Shown: positions 1-11,527 of the stretch, piece by piece | Layout of the letters: each line of letters starts with the position of its first letter | Position numbering within the stretch: the first letter of the stretch is position 1 | From: Octopus vulgaris | Taxonomy: Eukaryota | Length of the DNA stretch: 64,000 nucleotides | Direction of reading: 5' to 3' | NCBI GenBank assembly: GCA_951406725.2 | Contig: OX597815.1 | Location: 205,158,001-205,222,000 of the forward strand | Program-made: the position numbers and the translations under genes | Notes under the pieces: generated by a model | What the model saw: the letters and a program-made list of their open reading frames with translations, nothing else | Told to the model about the DNA's origin: nothing | Databases searched by the model: none

Positions 1-93
1 TAAAGATGACCCTGACTACTGACTGTCTTTTTGAAGTACAAATCCCTGCCTTGATTTTAAAAGCGGGACATCGAGTACCAATGATTAAATTGT

Positions 94-323
94 CTTTACT
101 CTCTTTTACTCTTTTACTTGTTTCAGTCATTTGACTGCGGCCATGCTGGAGTACCGCCTTTAGTCGAGCAACTCGACCCCGGGACTTATTCTTTTTGTAA
201 GCCCAGTATTTATTCTATCGGTCTCTTTTTGCCGAACCGCTAAGTTACAGGGACGTAAACACACCAGCATCGGTTGTCAAGCAATGCTAGGGGGACAAAC
301 ACAGACACACAAACACACACACG

Positions 324-374
<51 letters not shown>

Positions 375-537
375 GACGGGCTTCTTTCAGTTTCCGTCTA
401 CCAAATCCACTCACAAGGCATTGGTCGGCCCGGGGCTATAGCAGAAGACACTTGCCCAAGATGCCACGCAGTGGGACTGAACCCACAACCATGTGGTTGG
501 TTAGCAAGCTACTTACCACACAGCCACTCCTGTGCCT
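94..537 (-). mobile_element. SINE family A, full length (tRNA-like head, CCTTGGGCAAGT CORE-like motif, internal TA/CA microsatellite, (GTAAAAGA)n tail)
   Basis: Reverse complement starts AGGCACAGGAGTGGCTGTGTGG (A-box-like) and contains GGTTCAGTCCC (B-box-like). Near-identical to copies at 4841, 26158, 39066 and 63458. Confidence 0.9.
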
Positions 538-1067
538 ATTATTTCATTATCAATCTTCGATAAAATGAACTGACAAAATTCAACTCCTGTGATAACCGGG
601 TACACATCCGGTTCAGTAGTCTCACTGAATCTGATTTTTAAAATGATTTATTATTCTGGGTCGATAAAAACTGGAAATGACTCGTTATGCGACGTCCATT
701 CTTTTTCAAGTTCATTAGTGACATGGAATTGGGTCCAGCTCGTAGATTTGGATTTTCAAGGGTTTGCTTCTTACGGTATCCTGTTACTTTTATATAAATA
801 TGCCTCCAGCATGACCGCGGCTGTAAAGCTTAAACAGCTTCAAAGAATTAAAAAGAATAGAAATTATAGCGTTAACACAATGTGTTAAAGAGACTGACTG
901 TGTTCAACATAAATGTGTGTGTGTGTGTACGCGAGCGCACGTTCGTGTGTGTTGAACACGCTATTTTTAACATAGCATGTTAACGCTAACATTTATGTAA
1001 ATATACTTATAATTTGCAAGCAATAATAAATCTCTGAATGAGATGTAAACAGTAACCGCTCGACAAC

Positions 1068-1453
1068 GTAAAGTATACTAGCCATCTCAATATGGCTAAC
1101 CACTAAGGGTGGGTGTTACTGTAGCTTTTAGCCCCAGGAGATCATCGTCTCCAGCTGGATTTAGGTACACTTTCTGTGCCCTTATGATATTTGCAAAGGG
1201 AGGTCATCCCTCTCTCGTAAACCTAAGTGATACGCACGGACTGCAGTTTCTAGGTATTTGCCTGTCGTCGGCGTATGCAGTCCGTGCGTATCACTTAGGT
1301 TTACGAGAGAAGGATGACCTCCCTTTGCAAATATCATAAGGGAGCAGAAAGTGTGCCTAAATCCAGCTGGAGACGATGATCTCCTGGGGCTAAAAGCTAC
1401 AGTAACACCCACCCTTAGTGGTTAGCCATATTGAGATGGCTAGTATACTTTAC
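1068..1453. mobile_element. Palindromic fold-back/MITE-like element: two 178-bp inverted arms around a 30-bp spacer
   Basis: 1068-1245 is the reverse complement of 1276-1453 with about 4 mismatches by eye. This explains the mirror ORFs 1109..1339(+) and 1182..1412(-). Confidence 0.85.
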
Positions 1454-1565
1454 TTATAATTTACTTTTCCGTTAAAATAAGACCTGCAAAAAAAAAAAAA
1501 ACCAGCAAAAAACAAGAACTCCATCGAGTGTGAGATAAATACAAGCTACTAGTAGTTTCATGCAT

Positions 1566-1851
1566 ATACTCTATTACTCTATTACTTGCTTCAGTCATTT
1601 GACTGCGGCCATGCTGGAGCACCGCCTTTAGTCGAGCAAATCGACCCCGGGACTTATTCTTTGTAAGCCCAGTACTTATTCTAACGGATCTCTTTTGCCG
1701 AACCGCTAAGTTACGGGGACGTAAACACACCAGCATCGGCTGTCAAGCAATGCTAGAGGGACAAACATATACACACACATACATATATACGACAGGCTTC
1801 TTTCAGTTTCCGTCTACCAAATCCACTCACAAGGCATTGGTCGGCCCGAAG
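1566..1851 (-). mobile_element. SINE family A, 5'-truncated
   Basis: Matches the 3' two-thirds of the copy at 94-537. Confidence 0.85.
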
Positions 1852-2241
1852 CAAAATGTGTGTTTGTGTGTATGTGTACCATTTTATACTATTTACACAA
1901 GCCGAGGTTAGACAATAGTATCATCTGTCCATTGCCATGGCATAAATTAGACATAGGATTAGTTTTTGATCTGTTTATAAATGCTTTTCGAGAACCACAC
2001 CTTTGCACCACATTTTGGGCATATAGCATCCGTCTAACCAAAATTGTTTTCTATTCTCTGCTTCTTCGAAGACATCATTTGTCTCACGCTTTAAAGCAGT
2101 CTCACAATTTGAAACCGTCTCCCTATCTTCCCCAGTACTTTTTAATGAAGCCAGGCGCAGCCTTTTCTTCTGTTTGTATTGTCCGTTTGTTGGTGAATCT
2201 TCTTCTCAGACTCCAGGCTTCCACTGGTACTTACTTTATTG

Positions 2242-2842
2242 AAGGCGGCGAACTGGCAGAAACGTTAGCACGCCGGGCGAAATGCGTAGCCGTATTTCGT
2301 CTGTCGTTACGTTGTGGGTTCAAATTCCGCCGAGGTCGACTTTGCCTTTCATCCTTTCGGGGTCGATAAATTAAGTACCAGTTACGCACTGGGGTCGATG
2401 TAATCGACTTCATCACTTTGTCTGTCCTTGTTTGTCCCCTCTATGTTTAGCCCCTTGTGGGTAGTAAAGAAATAGGTATTTCGTCTGCCCCTACGTTCTG
2501 AGTTCAAATTCCGCCGAGGTCGACTTTGCCTTTCATCCTTTCGGGGTCGATAAATTAAGTACCAGTTACACACTGGGGTCGATCTAATCGACTTAATACC
2601 TATGTCTGTCCTTGTTTGTCCCCTCTATGTTTAGCCCCTTGTGGGTAGTAAAGAAATAGGTATTTGGTCTGCCGTTACATTCTGAGTTCAAATTCCGCCG
2701 AGGTCGACTTTGCCTTTCATCCTTTCGGGGTCGATAAATGAAGAACCAGTTACGCACTGGGGTCGATCTAATCGACTTAATCACTTTGTCTGTCCTTGTT
2801 TGTCCCCTCTGTGTTTAGCCCCTTGTGGGTTATAAAGAAATA
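2242..2842 (+). mobile_element. SINE family B, head-to-tail trimer
   Basis: Head AAGGCGGCGAACTGGCAGAAACG, B-box-like GTTCAAATTCC, core GACTTTGCCTTTCATCCTTTCGGGGTCGATAAA. Units 2 and 3 restart at GGTATTT. 15-bp TSD GGTACTTACTTTATT at 2226-2240 and 2843-2857. Confidence 0.92.
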
Positions 2843-3168
2843 GGTACTTACTTTATTCATCTCAAAAGGATGAAAGGCAATGTCTGTCTCGGCGGGATTT
2901 GAGCTCAGAACGCAAGGAAGAACGAAATACCGTTGAGCATTTCATATTCTTGCTTTGTTCCGTTTCTTATTTTTTGTTTTGTTTTATTTATTTATTTTAT
3001 CTTGAGTTTCACTTAACCTTGCATTAACCAGCTTCTGTTATTGTCTCGGTTTGGTAACCTTTGCTCTGTAGTTTGTAAACTACGGCGGAGACGTTCCCTA
3101 CCGTTAGGACGACGTTACTTTTCACTAGGTGACATCATTGTATTCTCCCAGTTTAACACTTTCTATTT

Positions 3169-3213
<45 letters not shown>

Positions 3214-3401
3214 GCTATCTAGCTTTGTAATATTTTCTCATACCTAAAGTGAAACTCAACCTATTTCCTGTTTACAGTGTTAGAACTGAAATTAACAAAA
3301 GAGAAAGCTTTAAGTAAAACTTAGAAAATTGAAAGCTTTGCGGATTTTCGTTTCTTTTCTTTTTTTTTTTTTTTTTGTATACACATTTTTATCGTTTACG
3401 C

Positions 3402-3402
<1 letters not shown>

Positions 3403-3479
<77 letters not shown>

Positions 3480-3490
3480 CACACACACAC
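3403..3490. repeat. (CA)n microsatellite
   Basis: Directly visible. Confidence 0.95.
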
Positions 3491-3710
3491 ACGAAGGGAT
3501 ATTGAAAATTTCCTGGCGCTTTGGGTAAAAGAAAATACAGGAGGATCATTTAATTATGATTTTATTCAACATATTCCCTTCTCTCAGATTCACACTTATT
3601 GAAACGGCCCTTCAGTTTTTCTAAGCCCTGTATAGAGAACTCGGAAGGTCGGGCCTCCAACTAGGCCCTTGGCGACACCCATAAAGCGAGGGACTTTTAG
3701 GCACCCCTTT

Positions 3711-3711
<1 letters not shown>
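3491..3711 (-). mobile_element. Degenerate mariner-derived MITE (related fragment at ~32250-32366)
   Basis: Imperfect inverted ends CGAAGGGATATTGAAAATTTCCTGG and GGGACTTTTAGGCACCCCTTTG. The minus strand resembles a frameshifted mariner transposase C-terminus ending ..GEYVE*. Confidence 0.6.
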
Positions 3712-3751
<40 letters not shown>

Positions 3752-4517
3752 TGTGTATGTAACGGCAAAGATTGTGTAGTAAACAATTATGCATATATAC
3801 ATATATGTACATACGTATATTTGTATATACATATGCATATATGGACACATATATTGTGGGCAATAAAGAAATATGAAACTGTGCTGAAGCCAATCTGTGT
3901 GTGTGTGTGTGTAAGTAAGTGTATGAGCATGTTTTAAAACATGTGTTTGTGCGTACATGTGTCTCTGTAACTATATGTCGGCATATACGTATATTTGTGT
4001 CCGTGTCAGTGTTTTAGGTTTAACGACGTAAATAGGTGTTACTGAGTTGAATCTCTTTTATTCCAAAAGTTTCAGTTAGATCGATTTGATAAATATCAAT
4101 CCATAAAAGAAGCTCCATGCAGAATAAAGTACTTGGGTCAAAATGATTAACTAAAAACCCATGAAGGCAGTAACTCAAGATAACTGCAGTACAATGAAAA
4201 GACCAGGAAAAAAACTGGAAAAATGTAAAATAGGGTTATGTACTCTGTGTTTTTAAAGCGTTTCAGCATTTACAATCGCCCAACTGTTCAGCTTTTCTTT
4301 CTCTATATCTTTCTGATCTTTCTTCTTTCTGCCAGTCATCCAACGATGTTTTAATTCCATGTTGGTGGATTTTCCGTTCTTTTTTTATATATATTTCATT
4401 GCCTATTTTAGAATCATGAGGCGATTCATTAAAAAACACGCACGCACGCATACACACACAAACACACACACTGGCCTTGTGTCAAAAATAAGAAAGAATT
4501 ATTATTTCGTAATAATA

Positions 4518-4742
4518 ATGGGTTGTCCGGAAAGTTCGTGCCGATTTTTAAAGGAAAGTAAAAGGTCAATAAATACTTGCCATTACATTTTTAATCAACC
4601 AAATATAAACCATTTTGTTGCACAATGCGTCTCCATCTTTCCTTTAACTTGAAAATACCCTCTTCCCAGAATTGAGGTGCCTGGGAGGTTAAGTCGAAAG
4701 GTAAGCTACTATAAATCAGCACGAACTTTCCGAACAACCCAA
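4518..4742 (-). mobile_element. Internally deleted mariner element (MITE) with TA target duplication
   Basis: TIRs GGGTTGTCCGGAAAGTTCGTGCCGATTT and AAATCAGCACGAACTTTCCGAACAACCC. The minus strand reads PQFWEEGIFKLKERWRRIVQQNGLYLVD*, a typical mariner transposase C-terminus. Confidence 0.85.
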
Positions 4743-4840
4743 TAGTAATATTATATTGTGCGGTACCGATGAGGGTGGTCGGTTGGCAAAATCGTTAGGG
4801 GGCATCGAACAACATGGCTAGCGATTTTAATTTCGATTCT

Positions 4841-5066
4841 TAAACTCCTTTTACTCTTTTGCTTGTTTCAGTCATTTGACTGCGACCATGCTGGAGCACC
4901 GCCTTTAGTCGAGCAAATCGACCTCGGGACTTATTCTTTGTAAGCCCAGTACTTATCCTATCGGTCTCTTTTGCCGAACCGCTAAGTGACGGGGACGTAA
5001 ACACACCAGCATCGGTTGTCAAGCAATGATAGGAAGACAAACACAGACACACAAACACACACACAT

Positions 5067-5129
<63 letters not shown>

Positions 5130-5298
5130 TATACGACAGGCTTCTTTCAGTTTCCGTCTACCAAATCCACTCACAAGGCATTGGTCGGCCCGGGGCTATA
5201 GCAGAAGACACTTGCCCAAGATGCCACGAAGTGGGACTGAACCCGGAACCATGTGGTTGTTTAGCAAGCTACTTACCACACAGCCACTCCTGCGCCTG
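4841..5298 (-). mobile_element. SINE family A, full length
   Basis: Near-identical to 94-537. Confidence 0.9.
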
Positions 5299-5499
5299 TC
5301 TAGTTCATTATTTTTTCTCCTTCTGGGGGTCATAAAAAGTTATGTACCAATCAAGTACTGGGTTCGATTTAATCGACTAAACCCGTTTTCCCCCACCTTC
5401 ACCCCCCACTAATTTGGGGCCTTGTCCCTACGTAAGAAATTAATATTTTGAACCAACGTCTTACATCGTTGAACGAATGTTTCTCTCTATGTGTGAAGA

Positions 5500-5720
5500 C
5501 GACGAGATGGCAGAATCGTTAACACGCCGGGCAAAAATGCCAGGCAGCATTTTGTCCATCTTTACGTTCTGAGTTCGAATTCTGCCGAGGTCGATTATGC
5601 TGTTTATCATTCCGGAGCGATGAAATAAGTACCAGTTGAGTACTAGGGACGATGAAATAGACTTCCCCTTTCCTTTTCCCCCAAAATTTCAGGCTTTGTG
5701 CCCTTATAGTAGAAAAGAAT
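5500..5720 (+). mobile_element. Older SINE-B variant (tail AATTTCAGGC.TTGTGCC). Similar degenerate copies near 7423-7750(-), 10987-11215, 15235-15650, 26670-26870(-), 32005-32180, 41750-41960, 43570-43746(-), 46285-46490, 56105-56290
   Basis: Shares GGCAGAATCGTTA...TTCTGAGTTC.AAT..GCCGAGGTCGA with family B but has a different 3' end. Confidence 0.7.
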
Positions 5721-5858
5721 TACCCTGTAAGTGTGTGTGTGTGTGGGTGTGTGTATCCCGATGCAGTTGTTTTAGTCCCTCAGCACAATCTCAGATCAAA
5801 TCACTAACGAAACAAGTGCAACACAAGAATTTATAAACAGTAGAACGTAAATAAATAA

Positions 5859-6032
<174 letters not shown>

Positions 6033-6379
6033 AAGCGGAAGGAGAAAAAACGAATAGAAATACAACTGCAACAACAAACAAGAATTTAAAAATAAAATTA
6101 ATCTATGAGAAAAAAAAAAAAAGCCAGAAATTATAAACATAATACGAAACTTTTACGACCAAATAAAATAAAATGTCGTTTGACTATCAAGCGAAACATT
6201 ATTCTCACCATGTTTTTATCTTATCTTGTTATCTTCTGAAATGCCGAGAAGTTAGAAAATATTCCCTAAGGATTGATAGTTTCTGTTAGATTTCCTTCTT
6301 TCACAGTATGTGCCAACATTTAGTCATCATTAATTTCCTCGGCGAGGAACCAGTAGATCTTATATTATCACGGTCCCCA

Positions 6380-6475
<96 letters not shown>

Positions 6476-6929
6476 GTACTTCTTCACACCAAGCGTTAGA
6501 TACTCAGATAATGAAAAGAAAAAAGGTGGGGGGACAGAAATAATAAAATAAGGAGAAATAGAGAGACAGAGGAAGAAAAAATAAAGTCTGTGCGCGAGGG
6601 AAGCGACAAAGACCGAGAAATAAGGGGTCAAGGATAGCCATGGATAAGTATTTATTAATATCCAATCACTACTGCGGTAGTTGTTTTTGATTTTTTTTTT
6701 CTTGGTCGAAGGTATCTATCAACTAGTGATCCTTCTTCAAGCAATAATAATGGATACTGTAGCATTTGAGACGAAGATAATTAGTAGCAGTAGTGTTAAA
6801 GAATTCAATTAGGAATGGAAACCAGGTCACTAATCGATTCTTCACTGTAGTTCAAGACTCAAACTACTCCGTTTGTTTCACGTTGAGGTGTATGTCAATT
6901 ACCTCCAAAGTAACACAGGCCAATAACCA

Positions 6930-7330
6930 CCAGATGTCCAACCCAGGTGGAACTCTATCTTAACACGACAGGTCCTTCTCCCTAAATATGTTAGGTAGAG
7001 AGTTAGTTCCCTGTCGCGTATGCGAGCTATGGAGTGCTTCAGCACCCCAGCAAAAGATTGCCTGATCGCGGACGCATCCTACCACTCACTTTGTTGTCGT
7101 CATTCTTGCTGTTGCTGTTGAGCGAAGCGGTCTTCGTCCCAAAGTGGGAGAAGTCCGAAACGTGGTCCTTTGCTGTTCGTAAGACCCGCAGAAGAGAAAG
7201 CAGGTCAACCCCCGACACCGAGAGCATCGACGGATGGATGAATGTGCATCCAGGCTCAGCGGTTGCGTAGGAAGTCGGGGACAAGAAACAGGAAGAAAGA
7301 GTGAGAGAAAGTTGGGGCGAAAGAGTACAA
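6930..7330 (-). mobile_element. GC-richer retroelement fragment sharing a module with SINE family C
   Basis: 7284-7329 AGAAACAGGAAGAAAGAGTGAGAGAAAGTTGGGGCGAAAGAGTACA matches the family C internal segment. The rest differs from family C. Confidence 0.5.
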
Positions 7331-7746
7331 CTGAGAACATAACGAGCCGAAAAAATGGTGCTAAGTACCGACGCGGTTATGATCCTACTATATCGCCACC
7401 TTCGTAATGATGATGATGATAATCCTTTCTATTAAAGGCACAAGACCTGAAATTTGTGGGAAGAAGACAAGTCGATTACATCGACCCCAGTGTTTCACTG
7501 GTACTTAATTTATCGACTCCGAAAGGATGAAAGGCAATATTAATTTTTTTCTACTACAGGCACAAGGCCTGATGTTTTGTTGGAGGGGGGGGAGTCGATT
7601 ACATCGACCCCAGTACTTAACATGTACTTATTTTATCGACCCCGAAAAGATGAAAAGCAAAGTCGACTTCGGCGGAATTCGAACTCAGAATGAAATTCCA
7701 CTAAGCATTTTGTCCGGTGCGGTAACGATTCTGCCAGCTCACTGCC

Positions 7747-7814
<68 letters not shown>

Positions 7815-7815
<1 letters not shown>

Positions 7816-8348
7816 TGGCTCTCATGGCTTCTGATCTTAACTGATTGGAAGTGTTATCATGTACATTGTTTTGTCTTGGTATAAAATATGGGCTACAGCA
7901 AATATTCTGCTCAATACCATAGATTTGCTTGTCAGTTGTTTGACCTTAACCAGTTGAGCATGTCCCTTAGTGGCTGATGATATGTGCATCTATGATCACA
8001 AGCAGAAGTAGTGGGGGAGCATCATAGCCATGTGTTGAGAGGGATTCTTTGGGGTTTGAATAATTCACCTCTGGAAACATGGGTGTTTCGTTCAACATCC
8101 TTAAACAACCCTTATTCAGGGACCTTTTGAGCGGGATAGGCTACTCAACCTGAAGAAAATTCTAACTGGGCCCCACCTGCAAGGTCATGCGCTGTTTATC
8201 TTGAAATGAGATCACCATGTCGCGCACATATGGTTGTGATGCATGTGCCTGGTGTACCCTTTATCAGACGGGTAGTCATGATGGGTATATTGGGCTTCGT
8301 ATATTTTACCCCAGTGTCACTTTGATGGCATGCACTGCTCTCTTACTC
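7815..8348 (+). mobile_element. ~530-bp element embedded in (AAT)n on both sides, probably the 3' UTR of a microsatellite-targeting LINE (Dong/R4-like)
   Basis: Flanked by (AAT)n at 7749-7814 and 8349-8388, no ORF. The family assignment is inferred from the known TAA-repeat targeting of Dong elements. Confidence 0.5.
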
Positions 8349-8354
8349 AATAAT

Positions 8355-8386
<32 letters not shown>

Positions 8387-8653
8387 ATCCATGTAAAAAC
8401 TCTATGCATAGCGTGTGTACATATACATTCGTGATAGGTTATCGTACAGAGAAGATACCCACTGCAAAATGTCTTATCTGTGGTATTAGGGAGGATATGA
8501 GATACTTGAAAAATAATTAATATGCTGAGGTTACTTTAGATAAAATAAACACTACAACGCTGATTAATTCCATGCTTCTTTGTAAGAACTGTAAACCCTA
8601 AGTAAAAGGATGAATATATATACAAGCCGTTTTCTCTTCCCGTTTATCATAAA

Positions 8654-9036
8654 CTAGCAGTATCGCCCGGCGTTGCTCAGGTTTGTAAGGGAAATAACTA
8701 TAAAGCATTTTTAGAGAGTTATAGCCAAAAAATAGCAAAAAAATGGAAAACAAATGATGGTAAATTTTTTTTGAGTTAAAAAAGGTAGAGTTGCGTCCCC
8801 TAGACGGTCTGTGGTTTGGGTTTCTAATTCTCGACCCCATGTCGAATTTATCGATTTTTTTCAGAACTGGGGGAACTTTTCAAAATTTTCGCTGCGTTAG
8901 TTTTGAATTATGACATTGGGCTATGTGTGTGTCAAGTTTCATCAGAATCGGTTGAAAGCCGTGGTCAGGGTGAGGGTACGAGAAAACAGACACACAGAAA
9001 CACGCACAGACAAACTGCCGTTTATATAGAGAGAGA
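8654..9036 (-). mobile_element. Non-autonomous Helitron (5' module type 2)
   Basis: Minus strand begins TC (TCTCTCTCTATATAAAC) and ends ..GAGCAACGCCGGGCGATACTGCTAG (hairpin + CTAG). Inserted between A and T with no TSD. Confidence 0.88.
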
Positions 9037-9101
9037 TAAAAGCAGAATACCTCTCGTTTCAAAGCCAGGCCTTGCATTTCTTTAATTCCACTGGCAAAAT
9101 A

Positions 9102-9915
9102 CAGTACAGGACCAATTACCCAGCAAGCTTGGGACCGGAAGTGTCCCGGATTTTTTTAATGTCCCAGTTTTCTAGAGACAGTTTAAATATTTACTTAAAA
9201 TATAAAGTTATGTAAAGAGCTAAATTGTATTAAACATTTAAATTAATACACTTCTAAAACAAGGCCTGTTTGATATTTATTAACTGACTAAAATTTTTTT
9301 AATATATTATACTGTAGAGACACATGGCCTAGTGGTTAGAGTAGCGGACTCGCGGGTTCGAATCTCAGACCGGGCGATGTGTGTTTATGAGCGAAACACC
9401 TAAGTTCCACAACTTTCTCTCACTCTTTCCTCCTGCATCTTACAAGGTGTTCTGTTTTTATTTATGAGAAGAGAAAAACGGCATGTATATATTCGTGTAT
9501 ATATTCATCCTTTAACTTAGGCGTCCCGTCTCATGTGGGGAACCTATACGCCAAGGAAACCGGGAAACCGGCCCTTATGAACCAGGCATGGCTCGAGAAG
9601 GAACAAACAATAACAATGTGCACAGTATGTTTATAGGATGAAAACTAAATGAAAAAAGTAAAGGTCACGATTTTATTTAACAGATATACGTTCAAATTAA
9701 TACATTTATAAATAGTGAAGTATGTTCAATCTTTATCAACGCACTTGAGAAAATAAAGAGCAAAACTATTTAAACACACCGTATGCAAATTAACCAACTT
9801 CAAAAACAGGGCCTGTTTACTCAATACAGAGTACAGTATATTGCGTATTCCACAATACTTCCGGATTTCTGCTAATTCCGGAATTTCTGGAAGTCGGATA
9901 AGAGGTCTGGCACTG
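9102..9915. mobile_element. Degenerate Tc1/pogo-type MITE with TA flanks, interrupted by a SINE
   Basis: TA|CAGTACAGGACC ... GGTCTGGCACTG|TA imperfect inverted ends. Confidence 0.45.
9314..9612 (+). mobile_element. Degenerate SINE with a C-like head and D-like tail, interrupted by an inverted templated insertion
   Basis: Head TGGCCTAGTGGTTAGAGTAGCGGACTCGCG..GGTTCGAATC; tail GAAACCGGGAAACCGGCCCTTATGA. Confidence 0.7.
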
Positions 9916-10140
9916 TATTTATATTTCATATCAATTCAAGTAAAACATTTCAGAATAATTTCCCTTAGCTATGAAGATTTTAAAAAATAATTTAACAATA
10001 TCCCTTTTGTAGTATTCTTAGTTTTAGTGTCACGATGATAAACACAACCTATCCCTTTCCTTTGGGTCAATGTACCCAAAGAAACCAGTTTTCAGAGTTA
10101 TGAGGTTGCTTAGTGCGCCAGGGAAAACTGGAACACATCT

Positions 10141-10177
<37 letters not shown>

Positions 10178-10550
10178 CAGGATTCCACGCAGTTTCTGTT
10201 TACCAAATTCACTTACAGAGCTTTGCTCGGACCGAGTTGGAACTCTAGTAAAAGACACTTAGCCAAGGTGTTGCGCATTGGTACTGAACCTTAAACCTTG
10301 TGATTGCAAGCGAGCTTCTTAACAGCCGTAGTTACGAAATGTTAAAACGTTCATTACTATTTTCTAGGAGATGGGAACTTAAAATACTGCGTTGCAGTAA
10401 AATATTAGTTTGTGCTTTCGCAACCGTTACTTCAAAAAAAAAATCCTCCAATTTTCGTACAAAAGATCGAATACAGAATCCTATTTTGTTTACAGTGAAT
10501 TTGCGAAATCTTTAAAACGTTGGGATAAATGTTTTATGGTATTATCTGTT

Positions 10551-10966
10551 AAGGCGGCGAGCTGGCAGAAACGTTAGCACGCCGGGCGAAATGCCTAGCG
10601 GTATTTCGTCTGTCGTTACGTTCTGAGTTCAAATTCCGCCGAGGTCGACTTTGCCTTTCATCCTTTCGGTGTCGATTAAATAAGTACCAGTTACGCACTG
10701 GGGTCGATATAATCGACTTAATACCTATGTCTGTCCTTGTTTGTCCCCTCTATGTTTAGCCCCTTGTGGGTAATAAAGAAATAGGTATTTGGTCTGCCGC
10801 TACGTTCTGAGTTCAAATTCCGCCGAGGTCGACTTTGCCTTTCATCCTTCGGGGTCGATTAAATAAATACCAGCTACGCACTGGGGTCGATATAATCGAC
10901 TTAATCCGTTTGTTTGTCCTTGTTTGTCCTCTCTGTGTTTAGCCCCTTGTGGGTAGTAAAGAAATA
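10551..10966 (+). mobile_element. SINE family B dimer
   Basis: Same unit as 2242. TSD GGTATTAT(C/T)TGTT at 10538-10550 and 10967-10979. Confidence 0.92.
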
Positions 10967-11527
10967 GGTATTATTTGTTCTGTGTTAAGGCGGTGAGCTG
11001 ACAGGATTGTTCGCCTACCAAACAAAATGCTTAGCAGTATTTCGTCAAGCTTTACGTTGCTTTACGTTTTGGATTCAAACAACACTGAGGTCAACTTTGT
11101 CTCTCACCCTTTCAGGGTCGATGAAATAACTACAAGTCAAGCACTAGGATCGATGTAATCGACTATCCCATTTTTCCCAAATTTTCAGGTCTTGTACCTG
11201 TATTAGGAAAGATCATTGTTCCAAGTTTTTACATTCTGAGTTCAAATCCCGCTACGTTCAACTTAGTCTCTCTTATCCCAACCGGGTTGATAAAAATAAA
11301 GTACTAGTCCAGACTTGGGGCTGGTGGTATCGACTAATCTTTCCAATAAAAAATCTTTGTCAACAGTGATAAATAACAACACAGTAATTTTTAGAAGTTA
11401 ATTATATTCTTTCTCTTTTTTAGGTAATAACATCGCCAATAAAGCAGTGCGGATCTGTTAACAAGGAAGCTCTGACTACATACATATAATGGTACGTTCG
11501 TTACATTAATACTTCATTTATACTCGT

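Noticed and set aside
1109-1412. Pair of near-identical 76-aa ORFs on opposite strands (toxin/antitoxin-like appearance)
   Set aside because: They are an automatic result of the DNA palindrome, with GTG starts and no recognisable domain.
2231-2784. Recurrent peptide RNWYLIYRPRKDERQSRPRRNLN in many ORFs
   Set aside because: It is the antisense translation of SINE family B, not a gene family.
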